Source: an uncultured virus (IMG/VR IMGVR_UViG_3300005201_000009) (lineage: Duplodnaviria; Heunggongvirae; Uroviricota; Caudoviricetes). Taken from it: DNA of 64,000 bases. Location of the stretch: IMG/VR virus record IMGVR_UViG_3300005201_000009, one strand, 5' to 3'. Position numbers and translations under genes: made by a program. Positions 56,256 to 64,000 of the stretch are shown one piece after another. How positions within the stretch are numbered: position 1 is the stretch's first letter; every line of letters begins with the position of its first letter. The notes under the pieces were generated by a model. The model had not been told where the DNA came from and ran no database searches. It was given only the letters and a program-made list of their open reading frames with translations.

Positions 56256-56472
56256 AATAGTAACCTCCGATTTAGAATTCGATAAACTGCTAGGCTTATC
56301 TATCTATCATTATTGCAAATTTTTAATTATTTGTCAAGCGCAAAAACACAAAAAAGTGAAAATTTTTAAATTATTTTTAAATGGGTAAATTGGAGAAATT
56401 GGGGGCCGCCGGGGACATGGGCCGCCTATGTCTCTTGTGTTACAAACTCTATCATAAACAGCCTTGAGCCTA

Positions 56473-56570
56473 GGGGGTTTCGGTTTTTTCCCGAAACCCC
56501 CCTCATTCTGCCAAACCCTACCGGGGGTTTCGGTTTTTTTCCCGAAACCCCCCTCATTCTGCCAAACCCT
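56473..56570. repeat. Tandem duplication (period 50 bp), each unit a hairpin
   Basis: GGGGGTTTCGG-T6/7-C-CCGAAACCCCC-CTCATTCTGCCAAACCCT, two copies. Confidence 0.85.
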
Positions 56571-56633
56571 GCTACACCTTAAATAATTTCGTCTTTTTTT
56601 TTTCCCGTAATTACCCATTTTCATCAAACCCTG

Positions 56634-56774
56634 TTACCCCTTGAATCCGTTGATCACACCGTGCTTTTTAACGTATTCAACCCTCCGTAAATAGGCCGCC
56701 GCTATCTTTGGGTTACGGGCTTTGTGGCTTTTATGGAGCCATAAATACTTGAAAATCACTTGATCCGCGCTCAT
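56634..56774 (-). CDS. Small basic hypothetical protein
   Basis: AGGAGG RBS; preceded by a minus-strand copy of the 31-bp motif. Confidence 0.5.
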   Translation of the reverse strand: MSADQVIFKYLWLHKSHKARNPKIAAAYLRRVEYVKKHGVINGFKG

Positions 56775-56912
56775 TTTGTACCTCCTATGCTTAATACGCG
56801 CCGAAACAGCGCGGTGTGTAAAAATAATTGCAAAAAAAGACCGTGGCAAAAAAAGCGCGGAATCCGGCAAAAAAACAAAAAAGATGCGGTTTTTCGGGGT
56901 TTTTGAGTTGAT

Positions 56913-57495
56913 TTTAACTCTATTAAATTATGTTATGGGTAACAATCACGATTATGCTTTTTTTAAATAACTAGTTTTTCATTTTTTGGGTGTGGTGGGT
57001 GACTTTTCCACAAGTTTTTAAAAATTTCTGTAAATTTCCCTCCGTGCTACACACTACACTATAGATACTACTACTACACACTACACTATAGATACTACTA
57101 CTACACACTGCTACTACGGAAATAAAGCCAATATTTTGTTATGCGACACGCACAAAAAAATAGTTAATTTTGGTAGCTTGTATAGTATTCCTGACATTTT
57201 GTTAAGTAGTTTTTTGTCAAGAAAATGATAATCTTTAAAAACGGTGACTTTTCCACAAGTTTTTATATTTTTAGGTGATTTTACACACCTTGAGTATTTT
57301 ACGCGTAAAGGGTGTGACAATAAAAAATAAAATATTTTCGCTAAAGGGGTTGACACAATAAAATATTTATGATACCATAATAGCGGAAAGTTACATTTTC
57401 CAGTTTTTGAACCCCCAAAATAGAGCAAAAAAAGAGACATTTTTAAAAAAACATAACCGTGATTGTTACCCATAACATAATTTAATAGAGTTAAA
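56913..57495. repeat. ~55-bp inverted repeats (56913-56967 / 57441-57495) flanking an AT-rich segment
   Basis: TTTAACTCTATTAAATTATGTTATGGGTAACAATCACG (38 bp exact) plus a 17-bp extension with 3 mismatches. Confidence 0.85.
57047..57109 (+). repeat. 27-bp tandem repeat, 2.3 copies
   Basis: CTACACACTACACTATAGATACTACTA. Confidence 0.85.
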
Positions 57496-57643
57496 TTATG
57501 TCACGAATATATAAAACCAATGATAATTTTTACACACGGCGCGTATTTAAAGCGTTAAAGGCATAAGCAACAAAAACAGTAATAATTTTTTACACACCGC
57601 GCTATTTTGGCGCGTTAGGTATATCAAGATTAAGGAGTAGATT

Positions 57644-57883
57644 ATGGCAAAAGAAACAAAAAAAGGCGGCTTTAGGGATAATAAAGCCCCTACCAGCTTA
57701 TCGGTTATTATCACCGATAGTAACGGCAATGAATGGGGTCGGCTTTATGCGTCGCCTAAAGACTTCTCTACCGGGTCGGTAGGGTTTTATGCGACGGGCA
57801 AGGCGGTCAATCCGGCCAATCCTGAGGCGAAATATCAGGCGGGGCTTACGTTTACCTTGTGTGGTAGCAAGCCGGCGGCGTAG
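57644..57883 (+). CDS. Small basic hypothetical protein (first early gene)
   Basis: AAGGAG RBS; 'PKDFSTGSVGFYATGK...YQ.GL..TL.GSK'. Confidence 0.7.
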   Translation: MAKETKKGGFRDNKAPTSLSVIITDSNGNEWGRLYASPKDFSTGSVGFYATGKAVNPANPEAKYQAGLTFTLCGSKPAA

Positions 57884-58058
57884 CAGTATAGGGGCGCGTC
57901 TATGCGTGACAGTGTAGCGACGTGATTGTGTAGCGGCGTAATAGGTTAAGTAACGAAAAATCAAGGCAGAATAACTACTCAACGATTTTACATGGCAGGG
58001 GTCGGACTCTGCGCTGCCTATGCCGGAGGGGAAACACGGTTTTAATGCCTTCCCCCAG

Positions 58059-58108
58059 GCCGCCCCCGGGGTGTGATTAAAGAGACACCGCCGGGGGCGG
58101 CTTTTTCT
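58059..58108 (+). terminator. Rho-independent terminator
   Basis: GCCGCCCCCGG...CCGGGGGCGGC-TTTTTC. Confidence 0.75.
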
Positions 58109-58201
58109 TCTGTTTTTAATTTTTAAGAAATATTTTTACACACGGCGCGTTTTTCCAGCGGTATGTATGTATCGCGGATCAAAATAGGCAGGAGGTATGG
58201 T

Positions 58202-58474
58202 ATGCGGAAGGTTCACAAAGAGGCGGTTGAACGGTTTATGGCCGGGGAGCCCGGCGTGGTCGGGCCGCGCGACAGAATTGTTGCGACGCGGAATAAGGAC
58301 ATAGCGGCGTGGGAGTATCACGGTAGCGCTATCGTTAAGAGGGATACCGGCGGAGTCTACGTAAGCTATTGCGGCTGGTTTACGCCGAGTACACGGGATC
58401 GCCTATACGCGATTTGCGATTATCTGGGTGTTCCACGGCCCGTTAAGACAGACGGCTATATAAAGGTGGCGTGA
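58202..58474 (+). CDS. Phage early hypothetical protein
   Basis: 'YHG..I......GW.TPSTRDRL.A' pattern; RBS. Confidence 0.65.
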   Translation: MRKVHKEAVERFMAGEPGVVGPRDRIVATRNKDIAAWEYHGSAIVKRDTGGVYVSYCGWFTPSTRDRLYAICDYLGVPRPVKTDGYIKVA

Positions 58475-58497
58475 AGTAATTACTACGGAGGGAGTCT

Positions 58498-58713
58498 ATG
58501 AGCAGAAAATATCCATCCAGCGAAATGCTGGGCATAGCGACGGAAATTGCCAGAAGGGAAATTCACTGCCGGCTACGGTGCAATATGCCCGGTTGCGGCA
58601 GGGCGTGCTACTGGTCGGGCAAGGCGTATTTAGAGCGCCTGCCCTTGATCCAGCAGGTGGAATATAACGCGTACATGAGAGCAAAGCCCATGATCGACGC
58701 GGCGACGGCGTAG
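58498..58713 (+). CDS. Phage early hypothetical protein
   Basis: GGAGG RBS; 71 aa. Confidence 0.55.
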   Translation: MSRKYPSSEMLGIATEIARREIHCRLRCNMPGCGRACYWSGKAYLERLPLIQQVEYNAYMRAKPMIDAATA

Positions 58714-59292
58714 CGTAGCTATGCGCGGAATAATGCAAGGCGTAGGAGAAAATTTTACACACCGCGTGATTTTCGCGCGTTAAAGGTATAGGAGGTTTGC
58801 GATGTACAAAATAAGCATTAAAGCGGAGAAAGGCAGGAAGAAATACCGCAAAGCGTTGCGGTTTATGAGCTGGGCAAGCGCATGCGACTTTTGCGCCCGC
58901 GTGGGGATTAGGCCAAAGGCGATTAAGGTAGGAGGTACGGCATGAGGTGCGCAAAGTATGACGGCAAATACTACGATTTATGTACTCATATGTACTGCAT
59001 TGTAGCGTATGACAAGGCAAAGGGCAGGTATCGCTTTACATGGAGCAACAAACAAGATCGATTTGTACGTGTTCGGGAGGCGGGCAAATTCTTGAGGTGC
59101 TATTTTAAGGAGGCAGTATGAAGTACGAAGTATCGGTTATTTACACGGGGAGCGTGAGTTGCGGCGTCGAGGCGGATTCGCGGTCTGAGGCGCTGGTCAA
59201 GGCGGTCCAGGAAGCGGTGAAAAATATCCCGCAGGAGATACGCGACCAGGTGGATTTGCGGCCTTATTTTGTTTCGGGTTGAGGGGGATGAT

Positions 59293-59466
59293 ATGACAGA
59301 CAAGCAAAAAAGAATATATGACGCTTTGGTCGCTATGGATTCCGACAACGTGCTCAATTTTATACTGGATTATCATGGCCGGCAGATATTTAGCAATGAC
59401 TTTTATGAGCACCTTGTCGATGAGGGTGTCATTGAGATGGAGGGCGATGAAGATGACGGCGAGTGA
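59293..59466 (+). CDS. Small acidic early protein
   Basis: RBS; D/E-rich C-terminus. Confidence 0.55.
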   Translation: MTDKQKRIYDALVAMDSDNVLNFILDYHGRQIFSNDFYEHLVDEGVIEMEGDEDDGE

Positions 59467-59725
59467 ACTAAAAGCGCTCTACTGCCGGCACTGCCCCGGC
59501 GGGCATTTTTTCGACCGTAAAACCATGAAGTTTTTCGGCGACACGATGGCGAATTTCGCCGTTCGCGATGTGGGCAGGGTAAAGAGCGGCTATGGCAAGG
59601 GCGCAAAGAAGGTAGAGGCGGTCGTACTGTATCGCAAAAGGCCGAATAGAGGCGGGCTGCACGGGGATGTGGCGCATTTTCGCAAAGACACCGGGCAGGT
59701 GATATACCATGCCGGGGAGATATAG
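59453..59725 (+). CDS. Phage early hypothetical protein
   Basis: 'HFFDRKTMKFFG' motif seen in phage early genes. Confidence 0.65.
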   Translation: MTASELKALYCRHCPGGHFFDRKTMKFFGDTMANFAVRDVGRVKSGYGKGAKKVEAVVLYRKRPNRGGLHGDVAHFRKDTGQVIYHAGEI

Positions 59726-59807
59726 GGGGCGGCTATGAAAAACGGGTTGTTGGAATAATTTTTACGCACGGCGTGCATTTTGCGCGTTGTAAGCATAGGA
59801 GGCGCGT

Positions 59808-60035
59808 ATGGAGGACGATGTACTTGAGCCGCAAGAAGAGGACTATATAATCTATGACACCGGGCCGCTGGGCAGTATGTGTGGCGTCGGCGTGTACGGA
59901 GGCAAGCAGTTAGGCACTTTTCTTTCTGCTGAATCCGCCGAGGCGTTTATTAAAGAGACGATGGAGACAGACGACTATTATCCGAATACGTGGCGTATGG
60001 ACGATCACGGCGGATACATGCTCGTCACAGCTTAA
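59808..60035 (+). CDS. Small acidic early protein
   Basis: AGGAGG RBS after the motif; 'YYPNTW..DDHG'. Confidence 0.65.
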   Translation: MEDDVLEPQEEDYIIYDTGPLGSMCGVGVYGGKQLGTFLSAESAEAFIKETMETDDYYPNTWRMDDHGGYMLVTA

Positions 60036-60083
60036 TTTTTACACACCGCGCTTATTTAGCGCGTAAGAAGTAAGGAGTAAAAC

Positions 60084-60629
60084 ATGGCACATTTTGAGAA
60101 GAGGGTAAACACGCGGAGCCGCAAGGCGATGGTTGAGTTTTTAACTGGGCATTTTCGGTATGACACGATGAATTCGTGTAATGACAGCACGTCATATGCG
60201 CATAACATGAAGATACACAACCTGCCTTTGAGTAAAGAGGAAAAGGACAGGCTGTACGATCTCTTTGATTGCGAGGGCGTGTATGACGATATCAACGAGC
60301 TTATGCGCGACTTTGACAGGGAGCATAGGTACGGGTGGCAGGTCGGCTTTAACGGGCGCAACGGCGGATATTTGGTTCTGTATCAGGGCGGTTTGAGAGA
60401 TGGGCAACCTTACTGTACGCCCGGCAAGAGCACGGATCAAGGCGAGGATTTTGTGGAATGGACGATGTACGACCTGCGCGAGCGGGTGCGGCTGGTGTGT
60501 GAATTCGACCGTTTGGCAGACTGCGTTGTAGAGCAGGCGCGGTATCTGGCGAATACCTACGAGGCAGTGGACGCGGAGGTCATGGTTCCCAAGAAGGTAC
60601 GGGTGCTTGTCGGCAGGGAGGTAGCATGA
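60084..60629 (+). CDS. Phage early hypothetical protein
   Basis: 'FL..HFRYDTMNS.N..SYA.N.K', 'GFNGR.GGYLVL'. Confidence 0.7.
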   Translation: MAHFEKRVNTRSRKAMVEFLTGHFRYDTMNSCNDSTSYAHNMKIHNLPLSKEEKDRLYDLFDCEGVYDDINELMRDFDREHRYGWQVGFNGRNGGYLVLYQGGLRDGQPYCTPGKSTDQGEDFVEWTMYDLRERVRLVCEFDRLADCVVEQARYLANTYEAVDAEVMVPKKVRVLVGREVA

Positions 60630-60886
60630 TGGGTAATGCGTTAAGCGCGATGCTGGCGATAGGAAGTTATGCCAAGCGCAGTATGGGCGGCGGGATTATA
60701 GCGGACACATTCGAGTGGTGCAAGACGTGCGCCAATGTCAGCCTGCGCGGCGGCGCGAAGTTATCAAATTATGGCGGGGAATGTTGCGGGTTAAAGAAAA
60801 AGCGCGCCGCCGGCAAAGAGTGCGAGTCCTGGGTGCGTATGGGGGACGAATTGGAAAAACTTTACAAAGAGTACGGGTTCATATAA
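60626..60886 (+). CDS. Cys-containing hypothetical protein
   Basis: ATGA overlap; CxxC. Confidence 0.55.
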   Translation: MMGNALSAMLAIGSYAKRSMGGGIIADTFEWCKTCANVSLRGGAKLSNYGGECCGLKKKRAAGKECESWVRMGDELEKLYKEYGFI

Positions 60887-60965
60887 ATCAGATATTTTTA
60901 CACACCGCGCGGTTTTTGCGCGTTATAAATGACAACAAAAATCAAGAAAATTAAGGAGACTCATT

Positions 60966-61787
60966 ATGGACTTTAACATGAATAGCGGATTGCTAAACGT
61001 GCCACAGCCGTGCTGTTATTGGGAGTTTGACGACTACCTATACGGCCTTGAGCAGCGGGAAGATGAGTGGCGCAAAGAATGTGCAGAGGAAGTAGTCGAC
61101 GCGATGGTAGATGGCAAGCCGGTGTTGCAAACGCGTCGTATGGACTTGCCGTCGTGGCATGAGGAGTACGACTGCCCGCAGGAGTGCATTCTTGATTGGG
61201 ACGGGGCGCAGAAGGTGATAGCAAAATGCTGGCTGGATACGCTGGAAGACTGGATAGCCGAGCGGTTCAGTGACGAGGGCTTTGAGGGGGATATAAAGCT
61301 GGCGTTCAAGGGCGTCGACTCGCCGAGGGAGTATAATTTCAGAGGCGACGAGTGCGACTTTACCATGTCCATATCGCTGGGGACGCTGGCGCATATCGTA
61401 GGCCAGTGCCTGGTGACGTACCGGGCGGGCTTTAGCGATTATCTGGCGAGGGCGCATTCGAGCCGCGACGGGTATATGTCGTATATATCCAATAGCGTGT
61501 ACGACTACGACGACATGTGGGCGCTGCTGGCGCAGGACGGCGGCGAGTGCGACGCGGATGACATTAAACATCTGGTATGGGTATGCCTTGACTACTGGCT
61601 GTTCGGCATTGAAGACATGGAGAACGGCGATAAAAACGAACTGGACGGCGACGGCATGGAGAAGCGGTTCGGGAAGAATCAGGACAAGTTTAGAAGCTGG
61701 CTATGGGACAAGGTGATGGACGCCGAAGGCAACGGGGCATTTAACATGCTGATGGAATACCGGCCAAAGGAGGTAGTGGGGGCATGA
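60966..61787 (+). CDS. Very acidic early protein
   Basis: 'SPREYNF..D', 'SRDG..S'; D/E-rich. Confidence 0.7.
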   Translation: MDFNMNSGLLNVPQPCCYWEFDDYLYGLEQREDEWRKECAEEVVDAMVDGKPVLQTRRMDLPSWHEEYDCPQECILDWDGAQKVIAKCWLDTLEDWIAERFSDEGFEGDIKLAFKGVDSPREYNFRGDECDFTMSISLGTLAHIVGQCLVTYRAGFSDYLARAHSSRDGYMSYISNSVYDYDDMWALLAQDGGECDADDIKHLVWVCLDYWLFGIEDMENGDKNELDGDGMEKRFGKNQDKFRSWLWDKVMDAEGNGAFNMLMEYRPKEVVGA

Positions 61788-62104
61788 CGGTAGAAATAAG
61801 CGTTAATAGGGTTATTGATGAGCTGGTGCCAAGGTTCGACGATATTGAGGCGTATCACCGCATACCGCGCAGGCAGTACAGGGATGAAAATCCGGCGCAC
61901 TACCGGCTGTACCAGGCGTGCGAGCGGGCGCACGGCGAATTGAGGCTTGCAGCATGGATGTTAAATGTGCCCTGCAACGTGATATACAGCGTAGTGCTGA
62001 CGGCGCGGCGGTGGTATAACCGGACGAAGTGGGAGCGCTATCTTCCCGAGGCAGACGCGGAGCGGTTGTGGAAGCTGGCAGTTGTGAATAATAAAACGGC
62101 GTAG
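61784..62104 (+). CDS. Phage early hypothetical protein
   Basis: ATGA overlap; 106 aa. Confidence 0.6.
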   Translation: MTVEISVNRVIDELVPRFDDIEAYHRIPRRQYRDENPAHYRLYQACERAHGELRLAAWMLNVPCNVIYSVVLTARRWYNRTKWERYLPEADAERLWKLAVVNNKTA

Positions 62105-62191
62105 ATTCTTTTCTTCTGTTTATTGAAAATCTTTAATTTATTTTTACACACCGCGCTATTTTGGCGCGTTAAGTATGTAAGGAGGGTAACA

Positions 62192-62737
62192 ATGCGTGAA
62201 CTAAACTGTCCGAACTGCAAACGCGATTTGGAAGCGTGGAACAACCGTCCCGATTTGTGGATTAACTACTGTCCGGCGTGCGGCGAAAAACTGCCGCAAA
62301 TGGAAGTAGACGCACTGCGTCGGTTAAGCACGGGCCAAGAGATAGTCGACAAGATACGCGGGAATGTGCTGGACATGCTGGACAACTACAGCGACGGCAT
62401 AAATGCCGACGAGCTGGCGCAAAGGGCGTGGGAGTCCGAAAATTGCGACGGGGTTGTATTTTACTCGAACTATGGAGCAGACAACTTTGTATGCCGGCAT
62501 ATGCAGTGGGTCGACGGCGCGATGGAGTATTGCTGTGACAATTTCGGGTCGGATCATTACGTAAAGATGAGGGCGGAATGTAACGACCGGTTCTTGGTTG
62601 CTGCGTTTATCACGGCGACAGAGATTTATCTGTATAACCAGCTAGGCATTGATCAGAACGAGGGCGTGCTGTCCGAGGAGCGTATTCAGGAGATCAGGCG
62701 AATGGTTGAAGAAAAAGATTATAAGGAGGAATGGTGA
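62192..62737 (+). CDS. Zn-ribbon plus acidic domain protein
   Basis: CPNC...YCPACG; AGGAGG RBS after the motif. Confidence 0.65.
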   Translation: MRELNCPNCKRDLEAWNNRPDLWINYCPACGEKLPQMEVDALRRLSTGQEIVDKIRGNVLDMLDNYSDGINADELAQRAWESENCDGVVFYSNYGADNFVCRHMQWVDGAMEYCCDNFGSDHYVKMRAECNDRFLVAAFITATEIYLYNQLGIDQNEGVLSEERIQEIRRMVEEKDYKEEW

Positions 62738-62961
62738 TGGGGAACAGTATGGCATTGTCTTTTGAGAAGATAAAAATGCTGGAAAAGCACGCGGCGGTAA
62801 TGGGACCGCTCACAAAATTGTTTAACGATCGGTACACGTCTCTAATGCCGGATGTTGAGCGCAATGATCATCCGCAACACTACATGATGGTAAGTACAAT
62901 TAACAAAATGACTGAAATAGCAGATACGCTGTTGCGGATGTTGCAGGAGGGGTATTTATGA
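62731..62961 (+). CDS. Hypothetical protein
   Basis: AAGGAG RBS. Confidence 0.5.
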   Translation: MVMGNSMALSFEKIKMLEKHAAVMGPLTKLFNDRYTSLMPDVERNDHPQHYMMVSTINKMTEIADTLLRMLQEGYL

Positions 62962-63167
62962 AAGAATCGCAGGTTATTATTGCCGTCGAGGGCGGCGTGG
63001 TTGTCGAGGTGTTATCCAATGTGCACGATCTTGACGCGATCATTGTCGACTATGACGCAATGGAAGACTGGGGCAAGGCAGAAAAAGAAGCGGACGGGAT
63101 CAGAGGTTTTGTTCACACACAAAGGGAAGAAGGCAATACGGCGACAGAGTTCGTCGAGATTTGTTAA
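62958..63167 (+). CDS. Small phage protein
   Basis: 'VIIAVEGGVV..V......IIVDYD' motif. Confidence 0.6.
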   Translation: MKESQVIIAVEGGVVVEVLSNVHDLDAIIVDYDAMEDWGKAEKEADGIRGFVHTQREEGNTATEFVEIC

Positions 63168-63177
63168 GGAGGCACGT

Positions 63178-63351
63178 ATGGAAGCCGTATTGGACGAACG
63201 GAACAAGGTTTACGGTGAGGTCGCGGCATTGCTAACGGATATGTGCGTGGTGACACGTCCTTGTAGTGACTGTCAATGGAATGAAGGTAATGGCCAGTGC
63301 AGGGCGGTAAGGGTACGGGACATGTTACACAGGCTATTGTTTGGCCGTTAA
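63178..63351 (+). CDS. Small Cys-containing protein
   Basis: AAGGAGG RBS. Confidence 0.5.
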   Translation: MEAVLDERNKVYGEVAALLTDMCVVTRPCSDCQWNEGNGQCRAVRVRDMLHRLLFGR

Positions 63352-63360
63352 GGAGGCATT

Positions 63361-63591
63361 ATGGCAAATATAATCAAGTGCGCCGATTGCGGCGCGGAAT
63401 TGGACGAAGAAGAAGTGAAAGAGAATTGTGGCTACTGCGCCGCGCCGCTTTGCCAAAAGCCGCTATGCCCTGTGTGCATAGACCGGTATCTTTTGGTATC
63501 AGCAGGGCAGCATATATGCAAGGAATGCGCGGAAGAGTACGCGGCAGAAGGGTTTGTTGTCGAGACGAGTACGGAGGCGGTATGTGCATAG
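63361..63591 (+). CDS. Zn-finger protein
   Basis: Four CxxC pairs; AAGGAGG RBS. Confidence 0.6.
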   Translation: MANIIKCADCGAELDEEEVKENCGYCAAPLCQKPLCPVCIDRYLLVSAGQHICKECAEEYAAEGFVVETSTEAVCA

Positions 63592-63965
63592 ATGAGCTTG
63601 TTGATTGTGTAGACTGCGAAAGCTACAGAGTATGCCCCGGGCATATCAGAGGCGATCCTGACGACTGCTACCCTACGGAGGCAACGTGTACCGAAGGTGC
63701 GCCGGAGAACGGTCCGTGCGCGCGAATGCTGGACGCGATACGCGACAAGATTGACGGCGACCATGTTTGGCAAACAGCAGTAGGTCGGTTCTCTACAAGG
63801 GAGCAGTTGCAATACGAGCAGGGCGATAAAGACGATATTATCCCGGACAGTTTTCGGCGTTTTGATTTTTCTTCTGCCCCTTATTGGTGGCTGTCGGGAT
63901 TTGACGTGAGTACCGTAAAGCCGTACCAAAGCGAGTTGGAGGTTTTTAATGCGGTATTTATCTGA
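63582..63965 (+). CDS. Cys-rich acidic hypothetical protein
   Basis: GGAGG RBS; ends just before the last motif copy. Confidence 0.55.
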   Translation: MCIDELVDCVDCESYRVCPGHIRGDPDDCYPTEATCTEGAPENGPCARMLDAIRDKIDGDHVWQTAVGRFSTREQLQYEQGDKDDIIPDSFRRFDFSSAPYWWLSGFDVSTVKPYQSELEVFNAVFI

Positions 63966-64000
63966 AATATTTTTACACACAGAGGTTATTTTGGGCGTTA

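Larger units (their letters stand above)
1550..64000. mobile_element. Prophage / tailed phage genome (contractile-tail type), continuing past the right edge; left boundary approximate
   Basis: Terminase, portal, capsid, sheath/tube, baseplate, tape measure, endolysin, phage replisome and antirepressor in co-linear modules; abuts host-like genes on the left. Confidence 0.92.
56794..64000. promoter_or_regulatory. Array of 11 copies of a 31-bp motif (W)TTTTACACACCGCG-N8-GCGCGTWA
   Basis: Copies start at 57278, 57527, 57587, 58133, 58752, 59759, 60036, 60895, 62141 and 63970 (+) and span 56794-56824 (-); most sit just upstream of an RBS. Confidence 0.8.

Noticed and set aside
56334..57473. ORFs 56334-56627, 56776-56970 and 57114-57473
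   Set aside because: Translations of repeats and AT-rich regulatory DNA; the shared 'MGNNH' peptide merely reflects the inverted repeat.
57278..64000. Repeated 31-bp motif as a CRISPR array or integron attC sites
   Set aside because: Spacing is irregular and gene-sized, copies are degenerate, and no cas genes or integron integrase are present; the architecture fits promoters better.

Overview
About 1.5 kb of host-like DNA (a carbohydrate-binding/lipoprotein-like ORF and a 5'-truncated rpn-type gene, suggestive of a Treponema-like spirochaete) is followed by at least 62 kb of a tailed-phage/prophage genome that runs off the right edge. On the + strand (1.8-21 kb) is a replication/metabolism arm: AEP primase, UvrD-like helicase, family A DNA polymerase, two DNA methyltransferases, VRR-NUC, HNH, a split SF2 helicase, a DUF2829/Tad2-like protein and thyX. 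On the - strand (21-53 kb) is a lysis and contractile-tail virion module, followed by an antirepressor and a divergent sigma-like ORF. A repeat-rich control region (56.3-57.6 kb) then leads to a + strand array of small early genes. The most unusual signals are: (1) a terminase intein whose HNH endonuclease lies in a different reading frame; (2) two paralogous three-way-junction RNAs with a shared scaffold and a variable loop, one with bipartite complementarity to the leader and SD of the sigma-like gene; (3) 11 copies of a fixed-spacing TTTACA-N17-GCGTWA element; (4) an SF2 helicase split into two genes in permuted order; (5) two 155-aa membrane coiled-coil ORFs overlapping almost completely next to the endolysin. 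No integrase is visible in the window. All family names come from motif recognition by eye, not from database searches.
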